Assembly (NCBI GenBank): GCA_949284445.1
Contig: CASDVP010000009.1
Span: forward strand, 14,609-78,608
Reading direction: 5' to 3'
DNA length: 64,000 nucleotides
Origin: an uncultured Bacillota bacterium
GTDB lineage: Bacteria; Bacillota_I; Bacilli_A; RFN20; CAG-288
In this document: positions 42,060 to 52,000 of the stretch, in pieces
Layout of the letters: each line of letters starts with the position of its first letter
How positions within the stretch are numbered: the stretch's first letter is position 1
Notes under the pieces: model-generated
What the model was told of the DNA's origin: nothing
Seen by the model: the letters and a program-made list of their open reading frames with translations, nothing else
Databases searched by the model: none
Program-made: the position numbers and the translations under genes

Positions 42060-43130
42060 ATGCAAGAACCGATGCTTCGTGAGCAAAAAAGCTTAACAGC
42101 GGTAAACGATTTCTTTGAAAAACGTCCTCAATATGAGGAGAGTTTTGATCGAGGAAACAACACCATCATCAGGCTTGTCGCTCCCACTAAAGAGAATGCT
42201 AAGCCTTATAAAGTGACTGGTATTCAAGATACGGCTTCCAATAATAATTGGAAAGCTTGGTTATATTTAGGACCAGTTCTCATTTTATTAGTCGTTTTCT
42301 TACTTTATCCGTTGATCAACACCATCTGTATCTCTTTTATGGAAAACTATAGTCAAATCACTGGTCATTCAGATGGGTTTACATTAGATAACTTTGGTGT
42401 TATCTTCGGCATCACTAAAACAGCTGGTGGAGGTTATGAACAGAACTTTTCACAATACGCTATCCCCAATACATTTATTATCGTTATATTAACTGTTCCG
42501 ATTTCTACATTGATCGCTTTATTGATATCAGTAGCCTTAAATTCCTTAAAATGGTTTAAAAAGTTCTTACAAACAGTTTTCTTCTTACCATATGTCACTA
42601 ACGCCATCGCCATCGGTATGGTCTTCTCTGTTATGTTTGATGACTATGGTATTATCAATACCATCTTCAACACTGATATCGTCTGGATTGTTGGTGCTGA
42701 TAGAGCTACGGCTATGATCCCGCTTTGCATCTATATCGTCTGGTCATCGATTCCGTTTAAAATTTTAGTTTTCTTATCAGGGTTACAAGGTATTGATGCT
42801 CAATATTACAATGCAGCTAAGATCGATGGTGCCTCAAAATCTAAAACATTATGGAGAATCACTGTTCCTTTGATGTCACCACAGATTCTTTATATCGTCG
42901 TCACTTCATTCATCGGCGCTTTTAAGGAATATTCTTCAATCGTCGGTTTATTCAATGGGCCTGGTACTATCAACGGTTCTCATAATATGTATACGATTGT
43001 CTACTATATTTATGATAACCTTGCCACTCATACTTCTTATGCGGCAGCTGCAGCTGTCTTCTTATTCGCTGTTATCTTGGTCTTCACTGGTTTACAATTG
43101 TTTGTATCCAAGAAGAGAGTTTACTATTGA
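42060..43130 (+). CDS. CUT1 ABC permease (UgpA/MalF-like)
   Basis: FFLPYV, EAA-type loop YNAAKIDGAS...WRITVP, 6 TMs. Confidence 0.95.
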   Translation: MQEPMLREQKSLTAVNDFFEKRPQYEESFDRGNNTIIRLVAPTKENAKPYKVTGIQDTASNNNWKAWLYLGPVLILLVVFLLYPLINTICISFMENYSQITGHSDGFTLDNFGVIFGITKTAGGGYEQNFSQYAIPNTFIIVILTVPISTLIALLISVALNSLKWFKKFLQTVFFLPYVTNAIAIGMVFSVMFDDYGIINTIFNTDIVWIVGADRATAMIPLCIYIVWSSIPFKILVFLSGLQGIDAQYYNAAKIDGASKSKTLWRITVPLMSPQILYIVVTSFIGAFKEYSSIVGLFNGPGTINGSHNMYTIVYYIYDNLATHTSYAAAAAVFLFAVILVFTGLQLFVSKKRVYY

Positions 43131-43144
43131 TGGAGGAGAAAGGC

Positions 43145-44131
43145 ATGTCAGAACCTAAAAATTCATTAGCTATGAAAACCTACATCGATTTCTCCGAAGT
43201 CAAAATTAATAACGATATCACTTTATCCTTAGCTGATTCAGGTCAAACTGTGGAAGCTATGAGAAAGAGAGAAAAAGTGACTTCTATCGTTTCCACGATT
43301 ATTCTTTATGCGGTCGTTCTCTTTTTGGCTCTTATCATGATTTTCCCGTTCTATTGGATGATCATCACTTCTTTGAAGAGTAATACCGAAATCGATTATA
43401 TTGAACAGACTATTTATCCTTCTGTTATCATGTGGTCAAACTACGTTTATGTCTTCCAAACATTTGATTTTTTACAATATATGATGAACACCATCATCGT
43501 TGCTATCTTCTCGACGATCGGTACACTCATAACCACGATCATCGCTGCCTTCGCTTTTGCAAGATTACAATTCAAAGGCCGTGAGGCTATCTTCTTAATC
43601 TTCTTGATGACGATGATGATTCCAGGTGAGATGATGGTTATTTCTAACTATATTACAGTCGCCAGTTTCGGTTGGATCGGAAACGGACAGACGAGAATCG
43701 AAGCCTATGCGGCTATGATCGTCCCCTTCTGGATCTCAGTCTTCTACATCTACTTATTAAGACAGAACTTCAAACAGATTCCTAATGAATTATATCTAGC
43801 TGCTAAAGTTGACGGTAAGTCTGACTGGTCATTCTTATGGAGAGTCATGGTTCCCTTAGCAATGCCGACATTGATCTCTATCACCATCTTGAAGTTCATG
43901 GGAACTTGGAATTCTTATGTCTGGCCAAACTTAGTCACTAATGATGTTGACTTCCGTTTGATATCTAACGGTTTAAGAGGCTCAGCATTTACGGATGCGG
44001 ATACTCAGAAGACCTCATACGGTTATCAAATGGCAGCTACAGTTCTAGTCACTGTGCCTCTCTTCTTGCTATTCATCTTCTTCAGGAAGTATATTATGAG
44101 AGGTGTCGGACGTGCAGGTATTAAAGGTTAA
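43145..44131 (+). CDS. CUT1 ABC permease (UgpE/MalG-like)
   Basis: AFAFARLQFKG, IPNELYLAAKVDG, WNSYVWP. Start MSEPK after GGAG (43127 possible). Confidence 0.95.
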   Translation: MSEPKNSLAMKTYIDFSEVKINNDITLSLADSGQTVEAMRKREKVTSIVSTIILYAVVLFLALIMIFPFYWMIITSLKSNTEIDYIEQTIYPSVIMWSNYVYVFQTFDFLQYMMNTIIVAIFSTIGTLITTIIAAFAFARLQFKGREAIFLIFLMTMMIPGEMMVISNYITVASFGWIGNGQTRIEAYAAMIVPFWISVFYIYLLRQNFKQIPNELYLAAKVDGKSDWSFLWRVMVPLAMPTLISITILKFMGTWNSYVWPNLVTNDVDFRLISNGLRGSAFTDADTQKTSYGYQMAATVLVTVPLFLLFIFFRKYIMRGVGRAGIKG

Positions 44132-44196
44132 GGTTTGATTTCTCATATCGAGAATTAAACATATATTGAAAATGATTTCAAAAAGGAGGAAATCAG

Positions 44197-45684
44197 ATGA
44201 AAAATCTACTTAAAGTCTTGCCTCTTCTTTCTGTTTTAGTTCTTACTGGATGCGATAATACTTCTAACAATAATCACACAGCTCAACCAGGTGATGAAAA
44301 TTATATAGCCGTGATCGATACACCAGTCGAGATCGAAATTTGGACAACTATCGGTTCTGGTAATCAAACCGCCTTCGATACCATGCTTGATCGTGTGAGA
44401 AGACTTGAACCGAATATCACTATTAAAAATACTTATCAAAACAGTATGGGTTATGATGAGCTTCATGATGCTATTGTTAATGGTTTCCCAGCTAACAATT
44501 ATCCTGATTTAGCTTATTGCTATCCTGATCATGTCGCTGATTATATCAACGCTGGTAAGGCAGTTAATTTAGATACTTATATTAATGATCCTGAAATCGG
44601 ATTATCTGAAGAAGATAAGAAAGATTATTTTGAAAAATTCTTAGCTGAAGGTCAAGAATATACGATTCCTGGTACTTATTCTGTTCCTTTTGCTAAATCA
44701 ACTGAAGCTATGTATTATAGCGGAGCTTTAATCGGTACCGATTTAAGAGGTATTGATCCTACTATTAATAATGGCAAGCCATTAAATGAAGCTTATTTTA
44801 ATGATCTCTCTTGGAGTGAATTATTTGATAAACTCTGTCCTGCTCTCATCAAATATAATGAAAAATTAGCTAATGATGGTAATGATAAAACTAATCCTCT
44901 CATCGACTTAAATGCTAATAGCAACGCTGGTATCGTCGGTTATGACTCTGATGATAACCTCTTCATCACTTTAGCTCAACAATACGGTTATGACTATACT
45001 GATATCGATGAAACTGGTAAGGGTGAGATTCTCTTCAATAATGATGGTATGAAAGAATTATTGATGAAGTTCCATGATTGGGCTAACAAACGTTATATCG
45101 TTTCTCAAGGTACTACTGGTTCTTATACTTCTAATCTTTTTACCGCCAATCAGTGTTTATTCAGTATTTCTTCTACTGCTGGTGTCACTTATTTACATAG
45201 TCAAAACAATCCGGTGGTCAATGTCGCTCCTATTCCACATGCAGAAACTGAATCTGACACTTACAACGCTCAAATCTCTCAAGGACCTTCTTTCTGCGTT
45301 TTAGATAAAGGAAGTGAAGATAGACGTAAGGCTGCTTGGGTGGTTTATAAGTTATTAACTGATACCACTAATAATACTGAATGGTCTATCTCTACTGGTT
45401 ATATGGGTATCAGACAATCTTTCTATGAGACTGCTGAATATAAAGCAGCTTCTAGATTACCCTCTGATGATACTACTCAACAGGCTTTATTAGCTAAAAA
45501 CTGGATTTATTTACCTACTGTCAGTGATAGAGTTTATACTTCGCCTGTTTTCAAAGGTTCTGCCGATGTCAGAGATGCTGCTGGTGGTTTGATGACTAAA
45601 GCTCTTACCAAAGGCGAGTTGACTGAGCAACAGCTTGAAGAGGCTTTTGTCGCTGCTGAAAATGAGGCTAAGAACGCTCTCTAA
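44197..45684 (+). CDS. ABC solute-binding lipoprotein 1 (UgpB-like)
   Basis: Lipobox LTGC. YPDHVADY, YSVPFAKSTE, SQGPS, TGYMGIRQS. Confidence 0.92.
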   Translation: MKNLLKVLPLLSVLVLTGCDNTSNNNHTAQPGDENYIAVIDTPVEIEIWTTIGSGNQTAFDTMLDRVRRLEPNITIKNTYQNSMGYDELHDAIVNGFPANNYPDLAYCYPDHVADYINAGKAVNLDTYINDPEIGLSEEDKKDYFEKFLAEGQEYTIPGTYSVPFAKSTEAMYYSGALIGTDLRGIDPTINNGKPLNEAYFNDLSWSELFDKLCPALIKYNEKLANDGNDKTNPLIDLNANSNAGIVGYDSDDNLFITLAQQYGYDYTDIDETGKGEILFNNDGMKELLMKFHDWANKRYIVSQGTTGSYTSNLFTANQCLFSISSTAGVTYLHSQNNPVVNVAPIPHAETESDTYNAQISQGPSFCVLDKGSEDRRKAAWVVYKLLTDTTNNTEWSISTGYMGIRQSFYETAEYKAASRLPSDDTTQQALLAKNWIYLPTVSDRVYTSPVFKGSADVRDAAGGLMTKALTKGELTEQQLEEAFVAAENEAKNAL

Positions 45685-45742
45685 AAATCATTTAATTTTG
45701 ATTTATTAAAGTAAGCCCATCTGATCAAGGAGGAAATCGCTT

Positions 45743-47155
45743 ATGAAACATGCAAAATTATTATCGTTGGTTGCTCTTCTACCTGTTTTAGGTGGGCTAG
45801 CTTCTTGTAATCGTGCTGCTGATGATACTATTTATTTTTGGCACACATGTGGTCAAACAGTAGTCACTGAGTTAGAAAATAGAATCGAAGAATTTGAACA
45901 ATTAGTTTTAGAAAACGAAGGCAAAGAGATAAATATCAAACTAGACTATCGCGGCAGTTATGATGACATACTTGAATCTATCAGAACGGCTTTTACTACT
46001 GGCGATCAACCGACATTAGCTATTGCATATCCTGATCATGTTGCTGAATATTTAGCTAGTGAGAATACTCCAGGTCAATATGTTGTTGATTTAACAGACT
46101 ATATCAATGATCCTGAAGTCGGCTTTGGAAAAGAAGCTTGGATCGGAGATACTGAGGTTTCTGATTTTGTCGACGCTTTCTATGAAGAAGGTTCTTCTTA
46201 TGGTAGAGAAGGAATTTATTCTCTTCCTTTGATGAAATCGACTGAAGTCATGTATTATAACAAGAACATTGTTTTACCTGAAATAACTAAATATAAGCCA
46301 GAATTAGACACTACTGAAAAGGCTGAAAATTGGCTTAATAATCTATCTTGGGATGAATTTATGGACTTCTGTTATTATCTCAAAAAGAATTATGTGCCTG
46401 CTGGTGTTTCTGAATTTTGGCCTGCTTTTTATGATTCTGATTCCAATATGTATATCACTGCATCTATGCAAAAAGAAATACCTTTCTTAGGATATGATGA
46501 TCAAGGAAAAGGTGAAGTTTTATTTAATAATGCTCAAGCTAAAGAGATGGTTCAGCAATTTAAAACTTGGTATGATGATGGACTTTTCACAACCAAGGGT
46601 GTAGAGGGAAAATACGGGTCTAATTATTTTACTAATATACAATGCTTATTTGACATCGGCTCTTCAGGAGGTGCTGGTTATAATTATCCTGCCGGTGGAA
46701 CTTTTGAGGTCGGTATTTGCCGAGTCCCTGCTTTTAATAACGACAATCGTTTATATGTCACCCAAGGTTTAACAGCGACAGTGTTAAAAGCTGGTGATGA
46801 CTACGATGGTGAAAAAGCTTTATACGGATATAAATTTTTGAAATATTTGACTTCCACTGATGTTAATACTGAACTCTGTATCAATGGTTCAGAAGGCTAT
46901 GTTCCAGTCAGAAAATCTTCGTATGAAACAGCTTTATTTAAAGATTTTTCGAGTAATAACAGATTGATGGTCGGCCAAGTCGCTAATATTGTTGCCAATA
47001 ATATTCAAGGTCATTATTTCAATACTCCTTGTTTTAAAGGTTCTGCTTATGCTAGAGATGCGGTAGGTGGACTATTGTCACAAGTTTTTACCAATAACCG
47101 CACGATAGATGAAGCATTTACCAAAGCTGAAAATGATACTTTAAATCAGATGTAG
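45743..47155 (+). CDS. ABC solute-binding lipoprotein 2 (paralog)
   Basis: Lipobox LASC. YPDHVAEY, YSLPLMKSTE, GYVPVRKS. Confidence 0.92.
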   Translation: MKHAKLLSLVALLPVLGGLASCNRAADDTIYFWHTCGQTVVTELENRIEEFEQLVLENEGKEINIKLDYRGSYDDILESIRTAFTTGDQPTLAIAYPDHVAEYLASENTPGQYVVDLTDYINDPEVGFGKEAWIGDTEVSDFVDAFYEEGSSYGREGIYSLPLMKSTEVMYYNKNIVLPEITKYKPELDTTEKAENWLNNLSWDEFMDFCYYLKKNYVPAGVSEFWPAFYDSDSNMYITASMQKEIPFLGYDDQGKGEVLFNNAQAKEMVQQFKTWYDDGLFTTKGVEGKYGSNYFTNIQCLFDIGSSGGAGYNYPAGGTFEVGICRVPAFNNDNRLYVTQGLTATVLKAGDDYDGEKALYGYKFLKYLTSTDVNTELCINGSEGYVPVRKSSYETALFKDFSSNNRLMVGQVANIVANNIQGHYFNTPCFKGSAYARDAVGGLLSQVFTNNRTIDEAFTKAENDTLNQM

Positions 47156-47168
47156 TGAGGTGATTGAA

Positions 47169-48545
47169 ATGAAAAAGAATATCTTAAATTGTTTATTAAT
47201 ATTACCAGCGATTATGGTATCGCTCACCACTAGCTGCGCAAAAAAAGATAATTTACCTGCTTGGGTCGATTATATCAACGATCCGACAGTTAAACTGAGC
47301 CTTGATTATAATGATCGCACTTTTATTGAAGATGGTATCGAAGAGGTTTCCTTAGCTACTGCCATCGATGGCGATACAGCTCATTTCAGAACTGCTGATA
47401 ACGATCTGATCAAAGCTCGTTATTATGGTATCGATACTCCTGAAAGCACTGGTAAAGTTCAGCCTTTCGGAAGAGGTGCTTCTAATTTTAATAAAGAAAA
47501 ATTACATGCTGCTGATGAGCACGGTACTATCGTCATCACCAGTGTCAGTGTCGATCAATATGAAGCTCCTGAATTTGATTCTACAGGTGAACGTTATGTT
47601 TCTTTGATTTGGATCAATACTGAAAAAGAGCATGCACCTTCATCTGAGTTGACGCTTCTGAATTTATGGATCGTTCAAGAAGGGTGGTCTGATGTTAAAA
47701 ATGTTAATGATTTACCTGAATATCAAGATATTTTCTATGCTGCCAATCGACAAGCTAGAATCTATAAAAAGAATCTTTATTCAGGTGTAGATGATCCTTT
47801 ATTTAACTATGGTGGCTATGAAGAAGCTATCATTCCTGATATCAGTAAAGAGATTATCGCATCTATGCAGGATGAAAGCCATGTCAATGCCTTTGATGGT
47901 CGAAAAGTCAGATTTAATGGAACAGTTGCTGGCTTGTCTAACAACATCCTTTATTTGACGACTTATGATGAAGAGACAGGTGAAAATTATGGTGTCAATT
48001 TCTTCACTGGAATGGGTGCTGTCGATTCTCGATATACTACTCCTGGTGCTTATCTAGAAGTGTTTGGCTTATGTCAAGATGATGAAAACTTCGGTTTCCA
48101 ATTAACCGATGGTAATTTCAACATCTATTCATCAGCTGATAGCGCTGCTAAAGTTGTCTATGAAGCTAGCGAAAACACTGAATATCCGCTTCATGTCAAT
48201 GAGTTTAAACCTAGTGAATTGGGTGCTGAAGACTATGATGTGCTTAACTGTGCAGTGTCTTTGACCGAAGAAGTTGTTGTCAGCAATTGTTATATCAATC
48301 AAAATACTTATACATTATATTTAGAAGATACTAAAGGTAATCCTTTGGATTTTGATATTTACATTCCATTTACTTATTATTGGAAGCCAGGGGATTATAC
48401 AACTCGTGTTGATGATGCAAGTACCATGATCGGCGAAAAATTCAATCTTTCTCATGGTATCTATACATTCCATAAAACTACTTCCGGTAAAATCAATTGG
48501 CAGATCACTATCTGTAACAATAAAGATTTCTTAGTTGTAGAATAG
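47169..48545 (+). CDS. Thermonuclease (SNase) family lipoprotein with C-terminal OB-like extension
   Basis: Lipobox LTTSC. AIDGDT, ARYYGIDTPES, DSTGERYVSLIW, LNLWIVQEGWS, QARIYKKNLYS. Confidence 0.9.
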   Translation: MKKNILNCLLILPAIMVSLTTSCAKKDNLPAWVDYINDPTVKLSLDYNDRTFIEDGIEEVSLATAIDGDTAHFRTADNDLIKARYYGIDTPESTGKVQPFGRGASNFNKEKLHAADEHGTIVITSVSVDQYEAPEFDSTGERYVSLIWINTEKEHAPSSELTLLNLWIVQEGWSDVKNVNDLPEYQDIFYAANRQARIYKKNLYSGVDDPLFNYGGYEEAIIPDISKEIIASMQDESHVNAFDGRKVRFNGTVAGLSNNILYLTTYDEETGENYGVNFFTGMGAVDSRYTTPGAYLEVFGLCQDDENFGFQLTDGNFNIYSSADSAAKVVYEASENTEYPLHVNEFKPSELGAEDYDVLNCAVSLTEEVVVSNCYINQNTYTLYLEDTKGNPLDFDIYIPFTYYWKPGDYTTRVDDASTMIGEKFNLSHGIYTFHKTTSGKINWQITICNNKDFLVVE

Positions 48546-48562
48546 ATTGAGGGCTAAATGTT

Positions 48563-49036
48563 ATGTATTGTTGTCATTGCGGATATGAACTAAATATCGA
48601 TAAAGTGGAGAAGAATACTGATTCTCACACTTTGTTTGAGGATTCAAATATCGATACGGAAGTGAAGTATGTTTGCCCTCGATGCGGTCATCTGATCCAT
48701 AAACATGTCAATGAACAAGAGATAAAAACTTTATCAGCTGCTAGTCATGCGGAAATACAAAGAGGTCGTAATTTCTTTGCTAATGGCATGTCTCTTAATC
48801 TTGTTGGTGCGATCATCTTATTATTAGCGATCATCTTCTTAGTCTTATCGCATAAACCAGCTAATAATTTTGCTCTTGTCACCGATTGTCCAGAGTTCTA
48901 TGTATCCGTTGTCGCTTTTGTTATCAGTGCGATTCTTATTGGAGTTGGTATGGTACTGACTATTATGGGTGTTCTTAAGAAAACCAAGTACCAACAGCTT
49001 CTTAAGGATATACAAAATCAAGTTTTCTTCCAGTAG
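48563..49036 (+). CDS. Zinc-ribbon protein with two C-terminal TM helices
   Basis: MYCCHCG...YVCPRCGH, then two hydrophobic helices. Confidence 0.75.
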   Translation: MYCCHCGYELNIDKVEKNTDSHTLFEDSNIDTEVKYVCPRCGHLIHKHVNEQEIKTLSAASHAEIQRGRNFFANGMSLNLVGAIILLLAIIFLVLSHKPANNFALVTDCPEFYVSVVAFVISAILIGVGMVLTIMGVLKKTKYQQLLKDIQNQVFFQ

Positions 49037-49077
49037 TTTAGTTTTTTACATGAGATATCAAAAAAGGAGGATAAATC

Positions 49078-52000
49078 ATGAAAAAGAAGTTCTTGTTGTC
49101 TCTTGCTGGTCTCTTGTCTTTAGTCGGTATGGTCAGTTGTACAGAAACTTCTAATAAGCCTAATGTAAGTGTTACAACTAATTTGCCTGCTCTTTCTACT
49201 TTATCTATTTTAAACAAAGATGAATTACAGAGCGATTGGCATTTAGATGATAACTATCGTACTCTTGATGTTAGCGGTGGTGAAAACGTCAATATTCAGC
49301 AATATATCTATTCAAATCAAGTTACCATCACTTCTTCAGATTCTAGTGTTATTGCCACGTCTGGATTGACTTTAACTCCGCGAAAAGTTGGTAAATCTAC
49401 TATTACTATTGCTTATAATAATTCTGAATTAAAAGATTCAGTTGAAATTGAGATTTTAAGTGCTCATAAATTAACAAGCGATTCCAGCTTTGTTGTTTTT
49501 GACGAAAGAACTAGTCAATTGACTTATAGTATTGGCTCCGATACAACGAGACCGGATGATTTGAGTAAACTAAAATACACTGACCAAGCAGCTACTGATG
49601 TCGCTTGGACTTCTTCTGATACATCTATAGCTACTGTTTCTGATGATGGTGTAGTTTCGGCTGTCAAGAAACCAGATGCTGATACTTCTGTCACGATCAC
49701 TGCTACATTAAAATCTAATCCTAAATATACTAAAACTATTACTATTGATGTATTCGAAAAAATACCTGTAGTTGCTATCAGTGCATTAGATGATTATGAG
49801 ATTGGTGATACTGCATTTGTCAGAGGTGTGGTTGTTGCTAAGACTACACAAGGATATCTTATCGATGATGGTACAGCTGCTGTTTATGTATTTTTAAAGG
49901 ATGATCCAGCAAATATTAATATTGGTGATTATTATGAAGTTGGTGGAGCCCTTGCTGCTTATAATGGCGCATTGCAATTTACTGCAGATGCTGCCCAAAC
50001 AAAATTATCTGAAACAGCACCAAAACCAAGAGAAGCAATTGCTTTAACTAAAGAAATTGCAGATGGTTGGAAAACAAAGAGTGCTTCTACAGAAAAGCAA
50101 CAATATTCTACAACTGAAATTGCCAAGTATTCTTGGACTGCTGTCGCAGCTAAAGATGGCAAATATTGGGTAATTAATTTAGAAGGCTCTACTACTAAGA
50201 TTGAAGCATCATATATGCCTAACAATTTTAAGTTAGAAGCAGGCAAAACCTATAATATTGAAGCTTATTTCGGTGGATATGCTGGACCTAATTATGGTGA
50301 TTATGCAGCAATGTATATTACTTCCGTAGAAGAAACTGAGCCTTTAGGCGTTAATGTACAATTGGATCAAACAGCTGTCACTTTAACTAAGGGACAAACG
50401 ATTACTCTTAAAGCATCAGTATATGGTGCTGAGAATACTTCTGTCACTTGGAAGAGTGATACAGAAACTGTTGCTACTGTAACTGAGGAAGGAGTGGTTA
50501 CTGCTGTAGCTAATGGAACAGCTACTATCACTGCCACTTCAGTTGAGGATAATACTAAGAGTGCCACTTGTGTTATTACTGTCGCAGATGAAGTTGCGGA
50601 GCCAAAACAAAAAGTAGTTAATTCAGTTAGTGAGATTACTAACGATACTGCTAAAGATTTATCACAAGTGTATATTATTGAAGGAACAGTGTCTAAGTGG
50701 TATAAAGATAATTCAGATGGAACTAACTATGGAAACTTCTATATTAAAGATTCTACTGGTGCTGAGTTATTAGTTTATGGTGCTACAGCTGATGCGTCAG
50801 TACTATCGTTTGATAATCATACTGCAGAATATAGTTATGATAATCCAGCAAATTTCAAAACAAATGAGTATACTAGCAAAATAACTCTTGGATCTAATAT
50901 TACATTAGCGGCTGTTAGAACTGAATTTAGTGGCACTAAACAACTTAATGCAATAGTTTTAAGTGCTGATGACACTTTTGTTGTTAACTATGATGTTGAT
51001 ACAACAGGTGTTACGGAAGGTAGTGCCAGTAACGTCTATTTGTATGAAACAACTGGAAAAATTACTAGATGGTATGACGAAAATGATGATGCAGGACAAT
51101 ATGGTAATTTCTATATTCAAACTGAAGGAAAAGAAGAGATTTGCATTTATGGTGCAACTGCTCAAGCAGATAGTCTAAAATTTGATCCTGAAACTGGAAA
51201 TTACTATTTATCTAATCCACAAGATTTCTTGACTAATGAAGCCACTAAGGATTTAAAGATTGGAGACTCGATTACTATTCGTGGATTTAGATCTGATTAT
51301 AATGGTAGTGTACAATTGAAGGGCATTGTTGTTACTGATAGTCAAAATGAAGATCCGGACCAATCAGTTAAATTATCTGAACTTAAGTCACTAGAAAATG
51401 GCACTAAATTCATTTCGCGTGGATATTACATGGGAAAGAATGATACTTCTTACGAGGGAAATTATAATGCTGTTTATGTAGCTGATGGGTCTACTTCGTA
51501 TTTACTTTACAAAGTATCAGAAACCTTGTTACCAGATAATCTAGTTCCTAATGAGACGATAATTGAATTTTCTGGTGTAATTAGTAACTATACAAAGGAA
51601 GATAGCACCATTTATGAAGCGACAGCTTCTGAAATAACTATTGTTGATAGCGATGAAAGCATAGTTAAGCCAACTATTCATACAATTAATGCTGAGAATC
51701 CTGAATTTGATTTGAATGCTGGTGTTGAACATAATAAAGTGAATATTGAAGATGCAACAGTTACTGATGTTTCTGTTGGAAATTATGGCAATACTACAAT
51801 TTACTTTAATGTTGGGGAAAGTGATACAGAGTATTCTATTTATTTAGATAGCAGGTATACTAATTTAGAAGATGAAGACTTAGCTGAATTAGAAGCTGGT
51901 GATAGTTTTACAACATCTACTTGGATTGCTGCTAATACTGGCAAAACTCCATTTACATATAATTTTGCTTATGTTGAAAATTTTGTTAGAACACCTAAAC

